55,298 nt of DNA from Patescibacteria group bacterium (GCA_018818425.1 JAHISB010000046.1:1-55298); one strand, 5' to 3'. Positions 36,686 to 47,715 are shown, counted from the stretch's first letter. Translations and numbers: made by a program. Notes: generated by a model from the letters alone, not told the origin.

Positions 36686-37856
36686 TATATAAAAAATGAT
36701 TAACTATTTTATCAGCAGTGTATTTAACTCCGTCTAAAGTGCCGTATTTATTTTTCAAACTCTTATTATGTTTTTCAACATTCTTTTTATATTCATTCGC
36801 ATATTTTAATAGTTTAAAAAGTGACTGGCCATTATAAATTTTTCCCAAACCAAGTTTTTCAATGCAAATATTATTAAAATAAATTTCTGGATCGTCAAAT
36901 TTATTAAAGGCAGGCGCAATAAACGGAACGCCAGTGAGTTGCGATAACCAAATTGAACTCCAGCCGCTACGGGCAAAGTGTAATAAAATTTTCTTACTGC
37001 CAATAATATTTGGCGGCGCCTTTTCGCTACCGCGAATTAATTCTGGCTTATTAGTATAAATAGGTAATCCAATCTGCCTAACTTCTTTAAAAAGCCGCTC
37101 AAGTCCCAAAATTCCGCTGATTGTCACATAGATTCCCTTTTTTATTTTAAGCCCATAGCCAACCTTTTTTGGCAAAATAATATTTGGCGGGGTAAAAATC
37201 TCTGTTTTAAATAATTTCGAACGATTTTTCAAATATGAAAATGTAGCAGGTTCAGCTATAAAGTGCAAAGTATGTTTTTTCTCAATCTTTCTATAAAGCG
37301 GGATCAGCATTTTTAAAATTTTCTTATTCACGATAATTTCGTCTACGGTAAGCGCCCGCTCTAAAATTTCTGATATAAAAGCAAAGCTACTATAATATGC
37401 CAACTTTATCGGAAAATTTATCCTAGGAGAACGCGTGATTGCAAAAACAATATCTTTTTTTGCTATAATGATTTTTTTCCCTCCAAAAGTTTCTGAAATC
37501 AGTCCGTTTGAAAAATATAGAACTATATCCTTTTCTATTTTTTTGTAATAATCTAAATAATATTTAAGCGACTCTTGATAATCTTTTTCTCCATAAAATA
37601 TAGACTCCAAATAACTACCGAGTTTTTTATCCAAAAATATTTCATTGGGATATTTTTTAATGATTTCTGCAAATTCCTCATGCATTATTTGGCTCTGTCG
37701 GTCGCCATACACCCAGGGCACAATAATGCCAAACCTTTGGCCAATTTGTTTTTCGAGTAAATCATTCACAGCTAATGCAAGCTCGGTGGTCCTCAAAAAT
37801 GGCCCATATCCATAGGCAAAATTAACAATGATATATTTCTTCATATTAGATGCCAC
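36666..37856 (-). CDS. Hypothetical protein, possible GT-B fold
   Basis: N-terminal AYGYGP..R; C-terminal RSGWSSI..SQLTGVPFI and E...N...IEKLGLG. Confidence 0.55.
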   Translation of the reverse strand: MASNMKKYIIVNFAYGYGPFLRTTELALAVNDLLEKQIGQRFGIIVPWVYGDRQSQIMHEEFAEIIKKYPNEIFLDKKLGSYLESIFYGEKDYQESLKYYLDYYKKIEKDIVLYFSNGLISETFGGKKIIIAKKDIVFAITRSPRINFPIKLAYYSSFAFISEILERALTVDEIIVNKKILKMLIPLYRKIEKKHTLHFIAEPATFSYLKNRSKLFKTEIFTPPNIILPKKVGYGLKIKKGIYVTISGILGLERLFKEVRQIGLPIYTNKPELIRGSEKAPPNIIGSKKILLHFARSGWSSIWLSQLTGVPFIAPAFNKFDDPEIYFNNICIEKLGLGKIYNGQSLFKLLKYANEYKKNVEKHNKSLKNKYGTLDGVKYTADKIVNHFLYNDKNNC

Positions 37857-39549
37857 GATAAACTACGCCTTCCACAGGATTACTCAAAACCTCATGAAAT
37901 AAGTGCCAGGCGTCAAAAAATAATCCTGGTTTTTTTACAGTATCTAATAGTGCAAAGATATCCAATTCTTGATAAGACCTATGATTGTTTAGGATTAAAA
38001 CGCAATCGGCATTACAGAATCCTTGCCTCAAAGAACTGAAACGCAAGCTGTTCTTCTCTATATCTTTTCTACTAACAACGGGATCGTAGGCAACAATATT
38101 TCCATACTGCTGTTCCAGTTTCATGGCAATTTCCAATGAGGTCGAATTCCTCATATCAGAAGTTTCTGGCTCACCCTTGAAAGCAAGTCCAATAACAAAT
38201 ATTTTTACGCTGGATTTGGCCTTTTTATTTTCTTTAATAAACTGATCAACTTTATTACAAACATAACCAATCATTTCTTCATTTATTTTTCTGGCAACCA
38301 AGGCCAACCTCGATTTATACCCCGCCTTTTTAGTCGAGTAAGCAAAAATAAGTGGATCTTTGGTTAAGCAATATCCTCCTACACCCGGGCTTGGCTTAGC
38401 TATAAAAGACCGTCCATATCCATAATTAGCGGCCTTAATAACTTTGTAGCTATTAAGATTAAGCTTGTCGCAAATTAAAGCAACCTCGTTAGCAAACGAA
38501 AAAGTTAAATCGCGATAAGTATTATTAAGCAACTTAACCATCTCGGCTGATTCCAAATCATCAACTAACACTATAAAATTTGTTATATTATTGAATAGCT
38601 TAACCGTTAAATCCGAGCTTTTCTTGTTAAACCCACCTATCACCTGGGGTAATTGCCTAAGTTCATTAATTGCCGCACCCTCTATTGTTCTTTCTGGTGC
38701 GAACGCGACAAAAAAATCTTCCCCAGCCTTCATTTTTGTTTCCCTCTCTATAAAGGGAATAACAAAATTACGACAAGTGCCAATTGGTATGGTTGAACGC
38801 AAAATAACCAAATCTTCTTTTTTTAACACTTTAGCAATGTATTTCAAGGCGTTTTCAAGAGGTTCTATTATAACTCGACCTTGATCGTTCACGGGCGTAC
38901 CTACACTAATAATATAAATATCGCTGTCGTTGCTCTGGAGATCGTGTTGCACAAAAAAATTTTTATCTAAATACTGCTTTAATAAGTTATTAATCCCTCT
39001 TTCATAAATATGACTTTTTTTACGATTCAAATCATTAACGACATTTCTATTATTATCGACTCCAACTACTTTAAAACCGACATCAGCCAAGACTAAGGCC
39101 AAAGTCAATCCTACATAACCAAGGCCTATAATCGATATAACCCTAGTTTTAACTTCAGTTTTTCGCCAAAGTTCAAAAAATGTGAAAATATCATGTGGTT
39201 GATTTTTTTCGTCAACCAAAACTATTACTTCCACATTTCTTTTTGATCTTTTTTTTATCTCTTCCGTGGCCTGTATTAAAATTTCTTCCGGGGTAAGATC
39301 CATGTTAAAAGTAACCGGATTCCGGTTAATAATTCCTTCAACACTATCGTTAATGTGCATGCCGCTTAAAAGCGCTCGCCGAATATCCCCATCTGTCAAA
39401 ATACCAATCAATCTATTTTTTTTATCCACCGCTAAAGCAATGTGGCCAGGAGCATCTGGCACGGCTCGCGTTCCGCTTTGAATGACTTCCATTGCTTTTT
39501 TAATAGAAATATCTTTTCTAATTAATACAGATTTAGCTCTTGATTTCAT
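37846..39549 (-). CDS. CBS-domain-fused UDP-HexNAc (WecC/WbpA-like) dehydrogenase
   Basis: N-terminal GILTDGDIRR CBS pair; GLGYVGL, PERTIEG, KLLNNTYRD, GVGGYCLTKD. Confidence 0.88.
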   Translation of the reverse strand: MKSRAKSVLIRKDISIKKAMEVIQSGTRAVPDAPGHIALAVDKKNRLIGILTDGDIRRALLSGMHINDSVEGIINRNPVTFNMDLTPEEILIQATEEIKKRSKRNVEVIVLVDEKNQPHDIFTFFELWRKTEVKTRVISIIGLGYVGLTLALVLADVGFKVVGVDNNRNVVNDLNRKKSHIYERGINNLLKQYLDKNFFVQHDLQSNDSDIYIISVGTPVNDQGRVIIEPLENALKYIAKVLKKEDLVILRSTIPIGTCRNFVIPFIERETKMKAGEDFFVAFAPERTIEGAAINELRQLPQVIGGFNKKSSDLTVKLFNNITNFIVLVDDLESAEMVKLLNNTYRDLTFSFANEVALICDKLNLNSYKVIKAANYGYGRSFIAKPSPGVGGYCLTKDPLIFAYSTKKAGYKSRLALVARKINEEMIGYVCNKVDQFIKENKKAKSSVKIFVIGLAFKGEPETSDMRNSTSLEIAMKLEQQYGNIVAYDPVVSRKDIEKNSLRFSSLRQGFCNADCVLILNNHRSYQELDIFALLDTVKKPGLFFDAWHLFHEVLSNPVEGVVYRGI

Positions 39550-39721
39550 ATTTCTTAAAGTATAAGCCCTTATATAAAAAAATTTATCACTAAGAATTAT
39601 TTAAGATTATTTCATAATGCTATAAATAAACTAACAGTATACTACGTCCAACGCTCCGCAACATAACTGTGAGAAAATCTGTTAAACTGATTGCGGCGGC
39701 GTAAATGAACTATTATTTATT

Positions 39722-40747
39722 TTATTTTGATATCTGGCGACAATTTTTTTTCTTCGCAATAAATGTTAATTTTAACCCAAGATTTAATTCACTCATCTTT
39801 TTTTCAAATTTCTTCCATCCCTTTTTGTCTGTAATAAATTTTCTAAATTTATCTGGTAAATATTTAACTTCTTCGTCTCCAAAAGGATCAAGGAACTGAA
39901 AATAATTTAGAAGCGAATCTTTGCCGGTATAGCATGTTCCAATTTCAATATTTTTATTTTGAAAACCCACCTTTGTAAATAAATATCTGATTGTCTGATT
40001 CGAAAAATATGATAAATGCATTCTACCGTCGAATGTCCTTGATGATTGATGTAGTACCATACAAACTAAACTATTTACATTCGGACAAAGCCCTATAAAA
40101 GCTCCTCCCGGCTTTAAAATTCTATACACGTCTTTTATTACTTCCACAGGATTAGGAAGGTGTTCGATTACTCCAAACATCGAAATGATATCAAAACTAT
40201 TATCGTCAAAGCTACATTCTTCTAATAACTTTCTTTCTACTGGGACCCCAAACTTTTTTTTGGCACGTTGAGCCGCCTCCTCATTTAATTCCAACCCTAG
40301 CACTTCGTAGCCTAGATCTTTGCCCATTTTCAAAAATTGACCCATGGAACAACCGATATCTAAAATATTACCACCGGGGATACCCTCCTTTAACTTACTA
40401 AAAAAATCTTTATATAACTTACTCCTAAGCTCCATTGACTTTTTAGAAGAAAGATAATTTTGACACAACTTTGTTGTCTTTGAATTATCATTGTAATGCG
40501 CTGTTATTGATTCTTCGCTCAACTGCGGGTTTACATAAATATGACCGCATTTATTGCAACGGACAAAATCAAAACCATTTTTGGTAAATAAAACCGTATA
40601 ATCCGGACTTTCACAAAGCATGCAATTTATTTTTTTTACTAAATGAGCATAAACTTTGCCTGTTGTGGAATCAATCAATTTGTCTAATTCTTTATCTCGT
40701 TGGGCAAAATAAATATCTCCTTTTGTTTTTTTATCAAATGTACTCAT
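39722..40747 (-). CDS. Class I SAM methyltransferase with N-terminal Zn ribbon
   Basis: CMLC...C.KCG; LDIGCSMG, VIEHLPNP, LKPGG. Confidence 0.88.
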   Translation of the reverse strand: MSTFDKKTKGDIYFAQRDKELDKLIDSTTGKVYAHLVKKINCMLCESPDYTVLFTKNGFDFVRCNKCGHIYVNPQLSEESITAHYNDNSKTTKLCQNYLSSKKSMELRSKLYKDFFSKLKEGIPGGNILDIGCSMGQFLKMGKDLGYEVLGLELNEEAAQRAKKKFGVPVERKLLEECSFDDNSFDIISMFGVIEHLPNPVEVIKDVYRILKPGGAFIGLCPNVNSLVCMVLHQSSRTFDGRMHLSYFSNQTIRYLFTKVGFQNKNIEIGTCYTGKDSLLNYFQFLDPFGDEEVKYLPDKFRKFITDKKGWKKFEKKMSELNLGLKLTFIAKKKNCRQISK

Positions 40748-40828
40748 AACTACAATAATTAAATAATTAATAAGGTATTATTTTATTGTTTTTAGATCCC
40801 CTCACTCGCTAATTGTCGAAAGATTATA

Positions 40829-42166
40829 TCAGTAATTTTGGCAAGAATCCGTAATTATGTCAAGAATTGCTTGTTCAGCCCGCAAACTAGCTCCACCTTT
40901 ACTGTCTGATAAATATTTTTCCAAAAAATTGTCTTTGATTTTTTTATCATAATTAAGATATCTGTCGGGATTTAAAATATAATTTTCTAAATCTTCGTAA
41001 GTCCTAACGTAATTGACCAGCTCCGGGTACTCTTTAAAAAAGTCCCAAACCGCTCCTTGAGGAAATATATCGCCAAAATATGGCGTAATAATTATTTTAC
41101 CAGCAATAAGAGCTTCAATTAAAGTAGTGGAACTAAAACCCATAACGGCAAATGAATTTTTTATCAGCTCGCCTGGGTCAATAATATTGGTGATAGTCAA
41201 ATTCTCCATATTCTCATTAAAATTCTCGCTTAAAATGTCTTTGACATATTGAATAAAGTAGTCGGCTCTTTTTGTTTTGATGACCACTTTAATATCTTTA
41301 TGCTTTGAAGCAAACTTCATAACAGAGCGATAAAATTCCAAAGATTTTGCCTCGACTCGCTCCAGTTGTTGCTGATTTAAATAAAACAATCTAAAACTTA
41401 CTTTTGGAAAAAAGGAAAAAAATACCACTTGTTTTTTGGTTTTATCTGAACCATTTTTATTATTTAAAAAGTAAAAATCTAAACGAGGCACACCTCTGAT
41501 GCAACCAACTTTTTCTTTAATCAAACCGGGGATACCCTTATTTAACAAGGCCTCGGCAATTTTATTACTGTAGGGAAAAAGTTTTGTACCGACAAAACTG
41601 TAATCATCGCATGGTTTCAGATAATTATTTAAAAATTCGTGACAAACCAAAGCTTCTTTATATAAAACAATAAATGGTATATTTTTCTCCACACAGACTT
41701 TGGCAAATTCTTGTTGAGAAACATAGCTAAAATTGCCCGACAAAACTCCATTAAAACCAAGCAGTTTTTGCAAAACAGGAATCATCCTATTAAGAAATAA
41801 ATAATACTGTTGTTTTCCTTGACGGCAATAATCGTGACTATGGTAACTGCCTTCGGTTAAATTCTGGCAATCTGTTTCTTTAGCAAAATACTTAAAAATC
41901 ATCTCAAAAATACTTAAATTAATGGCAAGATAATGGATCTTTTTGCTAAAAATGGTCATCGCCCTAACATCATCCATAAAAATACTCCTGGCTAAACATA
42001 AAACTTTATAATCGCCTTGATGATTGATTTTTCTAATTAATATCACTAAGATAATAGCAGTTAATTTAGGACAATTAATCAATAAACTAAACTTAAGCAA
42101 AAGAGGCGCTAAACGATACCGCCATAATGACTTTATTTTTTCCATTATTAGATTTTTTTTGCTCAT
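40829..42166 (-). CDS. Hypothetical capsule/LPS protein, GT-B-like
   Basis: GVPRLD, VVIKTK, SSTTLIEALIAGK, GGASLR resemble the CDP-glycerol transferase/KpsS-like clan. Confidence 0.55.
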   Translation of the reverse strand: MSKKNLIMEKIKSLWRYRLAPLLLKFSLLINCPKLTAIILVILIRKINHQGDYKVLCLARSIFMDDVRAMTIFSKKIHYLAINLSIFEMIFKYFAKETDCQNLTEGSYHSHDYCRQGKQQYYLFLNRMIPVLQKLLGFNGVLSGNFSYVSQQEFAKVCVEKNIPFIVLYKEALVCHEFLNNYLKPCDDYSFVGTKLFPYSNKIAEALLNKGIPGLIKEKVGCIRGVPRLDFYFLNNKNGSDKTKKQVVFFSFFPKVSFRLFYLNQQQLERVEAKSLEFYRSVMKFASKHKDIKVVIKTKRADYFIQYVKDILSENFNENMENLTITNIIDPGELIKNSFAVMGFSSTTLIEALIAGKIIITPYFGDIFPQGAVWDFFKEYPELVNYVRTYEDLENYILNPDRYLNYDKKIKDNFLEKYLSDSKGGASLRAEQAILDIITDSCQNY

Positions 42167-42861
42167 AATTTATAAATCCTGTTATCAATAAGGGATAATT
42201 TTGACAAATCAAATTTTTCTTTTCTCTTTACGTCTCTTTTATGACTACAAGCAATAAAGGCCGATTCATTGCCAAACGAAGTAAAGCAAGTTAAAAACTC
42301 CAAACGGCTGATCAGCCAAGCCAAAAGACGGAATGGCTTTAAACCGGCAATGGGGTGCGAGCCCAAAAAGCCGTTTTTTTCAAAAATTTTCTCATAGAAC
42401 CTGCAGAAAATATTTTTGTAATAAATAACTTTAACTTGGTCAAAATATTTATACAATAACTCTATTGCCTTTGATAAACATTCATCAATAGGCAATTCAA
42501 GTAAAAAACTATTATACGTCAACCTGCCCAAATTATTAATAGCTTTTAACCTGTCCTGGCAGGTTAACATATATAATGTATTTGTAGAAACTATAACATC
42601 AGCGCTGTTTTCTGGCAATAAATCAAGTTTGGTTAAATCTGCATAAAGAGCAAAAGTATTGGGGAAAATATTGCGACTAATGCCTTTCTTTAAAGCTTCC
42701 AAGTCAATATCTAAACCATAGTAGCTGTCAGTTTTAAACATTTTTCTATTTTTAAAATGAGCTGACGCCGCATCCAAACCGATTTCGCCTGGGAGCCGGC
42801 TTAATTTTTTTTCCAAAACATCAAATAAAAATGATTTTGACGGCCTGACCATGAAATTCAT
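42163..42861 (-). CDS. Methyltransferase-fold protein
   Basis: GLDAAS, YYGLDID, ADLT, ADVIVSTNTL. Confidence 0.6.
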   Translation of the reverse strand: MNFMVRPSKSFLFDVLEKKLSRLPGEIGLDAASAHFKNRKMFKTDSYYGLDIDLEALKKGISRNIFPNTFALYADLTKLDLLPENSADVIVSTNTLYMLTCQDRLKAINNLGRLTYNSFLLELPIDECLSKAIELLYKYFDQVKVIYYKNIFCRFYEKIFEKNGFLGSHPIAGLKPFRLLAWLISRLEFLTCFTSFGNESAFIACSHKRDVKRKEKFDLSKLSLIDNRIYKL

Positions 42862-42865
42862 ATAA

Positions 42866-43684
42866 TCACTTTGTCTTATTTTTTTTAAAATTATACATAA
42901 TCTTAACTAAACGGAAAATTACATATAAAAACACAAAGGGTACAAAGGCAGACTTTTTACCAGAATCATACCGATACTGGTAAATTTTAAACCAATTAGT
43001 TAGTAGTTGCCTTTTATTCATTAGATCTGAATACTTTCTAGTAAAATGAAATATGCCTTCTGCTATTTTTGCAGAATCTGTTAAACGTTCGTTATTATGA
43101 ACTCTGATAATTGCTTGGTTGTTGGGTAAAGTCATTATTTTCATATTATTTCTTAAAGCTTCCAAAATCAAAGTTTTATCTTCGGAGGGTGGCAGTTTCG
43201 GATCATAGCCGCCCAGCTTAAAGAAAGCATCTTTAGAAATCACTATATTTGTGCCAGTAATGCCTGGGTTCAACACTAAAATATAGTCAATGGATACTTT
43301 ACCGTGAGCATTTTTAAAAGGCAATATCTCCTTGTCAACCATTTGATCCAAGCGGCTGATAATGCACTCCGCACCCAAATCAATGGCTTTGGCAACATTT
43401 TTTAAATAGTTATCATTCCATAAATCATCATCATCTAAAAATGCCAAATACTCCCCCTTCGCTAAGCAAGCGCCAAAATTTCTGGCCTGAGCCACGCCGG
43501 CGTAAGGAATAATATTATAAACCGTAACTTTCTCTGCTAAATCATCAGGTAAAGTAACTTCTCCTTTGCCATTATTAATAATTAAAATTTCATCAGGTTT
43601 TAATGTTTGTTTTAAAATCGATCTAATGGTTATGGGCAAGAAATCAGGTCGGTCGCAAGTTGGGATAATACAACTAATTTTCAT
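42866..43684 (-). CDS. Glycosyltransferase family 2
   Basis: IIPTCDR, ARNFG, AFLDDDD, GGYD, SED. Confidence 0.9.
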   Translation of the reverse strand: MKISCIIPTCDRPDFLPITIRSILKQTLKPDEILIINNGKGEVTLPDDLAEKVTVYNIIPYAGVAQARNFGACLAKGEYLAFLDDDDLWNDNYLKNVAKAIDLGAECIISRLDQMVDKEILPFKNAHGKVSIDYILVLNPGITGTNIVISKDAFFKLGGYDPKLPPSEDKTLILEALRNNMKIMTLPNNQAIIRVHNNERLTDSAKIAEGIFHFTRKYSDLMNKRQLLTNWFKIYQYRYDSGKKSAFVPFVFLYVIFRLVKIMYNFKKNKTK

Positions 43685-43696
43685 AAATAATTTGCT

Positions 43697-44641
43697 TTAT
43701 AATTTATCAACATTCTTTTGGGCATATAATAAGCCATGTGAATTTTTAATCTCATTTGTTTTAATTGTAAAATTTTTATTTTTTAAGAAATACATTAAGT
43801 CAGTTACTGTATATCTATTTCCTAAATCAGAATGATACTCTAGGTAAATACAATTTATTTTAGCAAAGACAGTATCTGGTGTTGATAAAAGAACAGAATA
43901 TTCAGCGCCTTCAATATCAATCTTCAATAAATCACAAAAATCAAGATTATTTTGAGTAAAAATATCTTTAAGTGTTATAGTCTTAGCCTGAAATCCTTTC
44001 TGAGAAAACATTTTATTATTATTATTATTAGTATTGATTGTATATTCCCCTGTTTGTCCCTTGCTATCATTTGATATTTGAACTTCCTTGTCTGAAAACG
44101 ACCAAACAGCAAAATTATATGGGTTCACGTTTTCTGCTGCTCTACTTTCTATATTTTTTAATAACAAATCATAGTTTAGAGGATGTGCTTCATAAGCAAA
44201 AACTCTCTTACATTTAGGACTACAGTATAAACTGAATAAACCTATGTGAGCGCCAATATCAATTACTATGCTGTCTTTAGTTAATTGATCAACGGCCTCC
44301 TTATAACATTCATCAATAAATATTTCTTGATAAATAAAAGTGTCTGAAGTGCCTTGGCGCAAATAGATATTATCTTCTATAATATAATTTCTATTTTTTT
44401 TTGAATCAAAACAAACTGTCACCTTCTTATTATTCATAATTTTATTTATCAGCCAAAAATCACCGGATCTAGCTACAAAAAAAATATTACCTTTTCTGGG
44501 CTTAACTCTAATTGATTTTCCTTTAATAAAACTTCCATTATAAAACTTTATTAGGGTAAAGGGATTTTTAAAATAGTAAAAACATTTAATAGCTTTTACT
44601 AGTCTTTGTATTTTTTTTTTAATTGGAATTTTGAAAAACAT
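43697..44641 (-). CDS. FkbM-family methyltransferase
   Basis: IDIGAHIGLFS, AYEA, LLKIDIEGAEY, LEYH. Confidence 0.92.
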   Translation of the reverse strand: MFFKIPIKKKIQRLVKAIKCFYYFKNPFTLIKFYNGSFIKGKSIRVKPRKGNIFFVARSGDFWLINKIMNNKKVTVCFDSKKNRNYIIEDNIYLRQGTSDTFIYQEIFIDECYKEAVDQLTKDSIVIDIGAHIGLFSLYCSPKCKRVFAYEAHPLNYDLLLKNIESRAAENVNPYNFAVWSFSDKEVQISNDSKGQTGEYTINTNNNNNKMFSQKGFQAKTITLKDIFTQNNLDFCDLLKIDIEGAEYSVLLSTPDTVFAKINCIYLEYHSDLGNRYTVTDLMYFLKNKNFTIKTNEIKNSHGLLYAQKNVDKL

Positions 44642-44650
44642 ATCAGAAAC

Positions 44651-46186
44651 TTAAGTAAATAAAACCCTTTCTATCTCCTTCTTCCAAATTTGCCAAAGAT
44701 GATCCATATCTCCTTTCACACTCCCTTCCCAAGCGCCCCAATAATCAAATTTGAATCCAGTATCATAAACAGCGGCTACATAATTTTCTAATCTTCTTTC
44801 ATAATCTCCATTCCTTAAATCAATTTTGAGAACTTCTTTTATCTTAGCGGTTAAAGTTGTCATATCAGTATGTTTAAAAACATTAGGCAACTTTAATGTT
44901 AGACTCAGGTCACCAAGCTGAATAGCTGGTTTATAGTAAAATGCTGCTTCAGCAATGCTGGTACTATTAGGACTAATAATAAGATCAGTTTTTTTAAAAA
45001 TATCTTCTGTAGAAATTCTGTAGTCAATCAGCTTTACATTAGGCGTTTTGGCAATTTTCTCAAGATAAGAAGGTGTTCTTAAACCCAGCATTGCTGGGTG
45101 TTCCTTAACCACTAAAGTGTAGTCGTCGGGCAATGACATAGCTGTCAAACGAGCAATTTCAATCTGGTTGTTAAAATACGGCGCTGCACAATCAATCATG
45201 GATTCGGGCTGAACTTGTAAGGGGAAATAAACAAATTTCTTAATTTCATCAAATGGATAATAATTAAATTTATCCATAAACTTTTTATACTTTTTAAAAC
45301 AGTAATGGTCTCTTAAAATAATTTTGGGAGGTTTGTAATCTATTGATGCCCCAATATTTTTTAAAACATTAATTGACGGCCCTTTTATGTACCAACGTAA
45401 TATATGATAATATGGTGATAATTCATACCTGACTTTTTGTATTAATGACTTTTTTTTATTTAATCTAAATGTTTCGATCGGTTTTTTAAAGTTTTCCCTA
45501 AATTCCCTAATGTAATTTTTTGCTTTATTTCTATTTTCAGTTTCAATTTCACCACTATTAAGCTCATCAATGCGTTTATAAAAAAAACCACGATCACTAT
45601 TATAATTATGCGAAAAAATATTATAGCCGAATATTTTTGAATCTGTTACTGATATAACAGGTATATTATATTTATCTGCAAATAAACTTACAATAATATG
45701 CCCTTCATAAATAATAGATGCCATAATAACTGCATCAGGTTTAAAATTTTCAAATAAATCTCTGATGGCTTTATAATAAGATTTTAAATATAGGATAATA
45801 AATTCATCCGAAACATTCTGTCTAAAACTGTAATAAAATTTTTCTTTATAAGATTTAACGAAAAGTCTATTACTTTGAATCATCGGCCAAACTGAATCTA
45901 TGTTCAATTCCTTACAAATTTCTTTTAAAGAAATATTTTCCTTGTCTAAATTTTTTTCTGGATTCTCAAAAATCTCATCAATATTCACAATATATTCGTA
46001 TTTAACTTCTCTTTGCTCGGTAATAAACTTATGAGTTGATTTTTTTAAAGTTAAAGCGGCTAGTTTACAACCTTCTTCATAATACAATTTTTTCGCCAAA
46101 AAATGGCCAATGCGCATTCCCCAAGCTCTTTGCTGAAAAATTAGGATTTTTTTATTATTTAATTTTCCAAAATTTTTTTCCAACAT
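44651..46186 (-). CDS. Capsule polysaccharide biosynthesis protein (KpsS-like), candidate nonulosonate transferase
   Basis: YFPLQVQPE, VKEHP, NSTSIAEA; ATG 46186 preferred to avoid overlap. Confidence 0.75.
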   Translation of the reverse strand: MLEKNFGKLNNKKILIFQQRAWGMRIGHFLAKKLYYEEGCKLAALTLKKSTHKFITEQREVKYEYIVNIDEIFENPEKNLDKENISLKEICKELNIDSVWPMIQSNRLFVKSYKEKFYYSFRQNVSDEFIILYLKSYYKAIRDLFENFKPDAVIMASIIYEGHIIVSLFADKYNIPVISVTDSKIFGYNIFSHNYNSDRGFFYKRIDELNSGEIETENRNKAKNYIREFRENFKKPIETFRLNKKKSLIQKVRYELSPYYHILRWYIKGPSINVLKNIGASIDYKPPKIILRDHYCFKKYKKFMDKFNYYPFDEIKKFVYFPLQVQPESMIDCAAPYFNNQIEIARLTAMSLPDDYTLVVKEHPAMLGLRTPSYLEKIAKTPNVKLIDYRISTEDIFKKTDLIISPNSTSIAEAAFYYKPAIQLGDLSLTLKLPNVFKHTDMTTLTAKIKEVLKIDLRNGDYERRLENYVAAVYDTGFKFDYWGAWEGSVKGDMDHLWQIWKKEIERVLFT

Positions 46187-46193
46187 ATGACTA

Positions 46194-46646
46194 TCAATTA
46201 TATTTATAGAAATAATTTTTTTTATCCTTTTTAAATACATGAAAATTATTTTTTTGAAATAGTTTAGCTGAAGTAATATTATCTTTTTTTACTTCAGCTA
46301 AAACGGCTTTATCTGTTTTAAATTTTATCAATGACCCGCTCAAAAGTTTATGTCCAAGCCCCTTACCTTGACAATCAGGAGCAAGAGCAATGGAAGTAAT
46401 ATAATTATTATTTTTATCATCAAAATCAAAACGGCAATAACCAACAACTTTATTATCTTTTTCTAAAACAAAACAAATATTTTTATCACCTTTAAAATAT
46501 TTATTCTCAAACCAAAAATCATGCTGTGCAAAAGGAATTGCTGCGGAATTTTTTGAATACTCGCGCGTAGCAGGTTGATTCCTGATTTCCCAAATACGTT
46601 TGGAGTCTCCTCTGATGACTGTTCTGATATTGTAATTAACTTCCAT
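46194..46646 (-). CDS. GNAT acetyltransferase, PseH-like
   Basis: IWEIRN, H..WF, VGYCRFD, QGKGLG, N..S.KLF. Confidence 0.8.
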   Translation of the reverse strand: MEVNYNIRTVIRGDSKRIWEIRNQPATREYSKNSAAIPFAQHDFWFENKYFKGDKNICFVLEKDNKVVGYCRFDFDDKNNNYITSIALAPDCQGKGLGHKLLSGSLIKFKTDKAVLAEVKKDNITSAKLFQKNNFHVFKKDKKNYFYKYN

Positions 46647-46650
46647 AAAT

Positions 46651-47715
46651 TTATTTTTGAATTAAATCCCAGCTTAAGGGCGTGCCTCTTTCAATATCAA
46701 CGGCAGCTGCTTTGCCCATTACTTCGTCATAATATTTTGGCATTAGTCCATAGCCAGGACGAATTGACCTGATATTTTTTTCAGTTAACTTTTCGCCTGC
46801 CCTAATATCTTGAACGGCAAATAAAGACTTTCTAAAAATTACATTTTCTGATTCATTAATTCCGGCTCCGTATGACGGCTGACCCAAGGCCTTTTCCATT
46901 TCTCTGATTGATCTTACCAGATTTTTTAATTCATCTGGCTCAACAGAAAAAGCAGAGTCCGGGCCGCCTTCTGAACGAGACAAAATAAAATGTTTTTCTA
47001 TAATAGATGCGCCTAAAGCAACAGCGACTAGCGAAACGTCATTACTTAAAGAATGATCGGACAAACCAACAATAACCTCAAACTTTTCTGACATATCCGG
47101 AATAGTCTTCAAATTCATTTCTGCCGGCTTGGCCGGGTATGAACTGACGCAATGGAGCAAAGCTATTTGCGGACAGCCATTTTCTTTTAAAATTTTGATG
47201 GCCAGTTCAATTTCTTCAATCGAGGCCATGCCGCGCGACATGATTACTGGCTTTTTAGTTTGTCCGATTCTTTTTAGCAAGGGAATATCCACGACTTCAA
47301 AGGAAGCGACTTTGTATAATCCTATATCCATTTTTTCCAAAAAATCAACGGCCGTATTGTCAAACGGCGAAGAAAAAACAAAAAGTCCTTTTGATTCAGC
47401 ATACTCTTTCAATTTTGGCTGCCAGTCCCAGGGCGTATAAGCTTTCTGGTATAATTGATGCAAGGTCTGGCCTGACCATTGACTATTGCCTTTGATTTGA
47501 AAATAGTCTTTAGCCGAATTAATGGTTATGGTATCTGCGGTATAAGTTTGTAATTTTACAGCATCAACGCCTGCCTCTGCCGCCGCTTCAATGATTTTTA
47601 AAGCTTTTTCGTATGATTGATTATGGTTGGCGGACATTTCGGCCACGATAAAAACGGGCTGACCCTGGCCGATCTCCCTCTTTCCTTTTGGAGTTTGAAT
47701 AATAATGTTATTCAT
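46651..47715 (-). CDS. pseI: Pseudaminic acid synthase
   Basis: AEMSANH, KLQTYTADT, TPWDW, KVASFE, GLSDH, EKHF, C-terminal SAF domain (IRPGYGL). Confidence 0.92.
   Translation of the reverse strand: MNNIIIQTPKGKREIGQGQPVFIVAEMSANHNQSYEKALKIIEAAAEAGVDAVKLQTYTADTITINSAKDYFQIKGNSQWSGQTLHQLYQKAYTPWDWQPKLKEYAESKGLFVFSSPFDNTAVDFLEKMDIGLYKVASFEVVDIPLLKRIGQTKKPVIMSRGMASIEEIELAIKILKENGCPQIALLHCVSSYPAKPAEMNLKTIPDMSEKFEVIVGLSDHSLSNDVSLVAVALGASIIEKHFILSRSEGGPDSAFSVEPDELKNLVRSIREMEKALGQPSYGAGINESENVIFRKSLFAVQDIRAGEKLTEKNIRSIRPGYGLMPKYYDEVMGKAAAVDIERGTPLSWDLIQK

Noticed and set aside
39646-39687. GTCCAAC...GTTAAAC pair matching attC core consensus
   Set aside because: Only 42 bp, poor internal pairing, single instance, no integrase.
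44611-44620. T10 run near the 5' end of the FkbM gene and (ATT)n Asn runs at about 44012-44030 and 52455-52470 as contingency loci
   Set aside because: Expected in very AT-rich Lys/Asn-rich coding DNA; no evidence of variation without reads.
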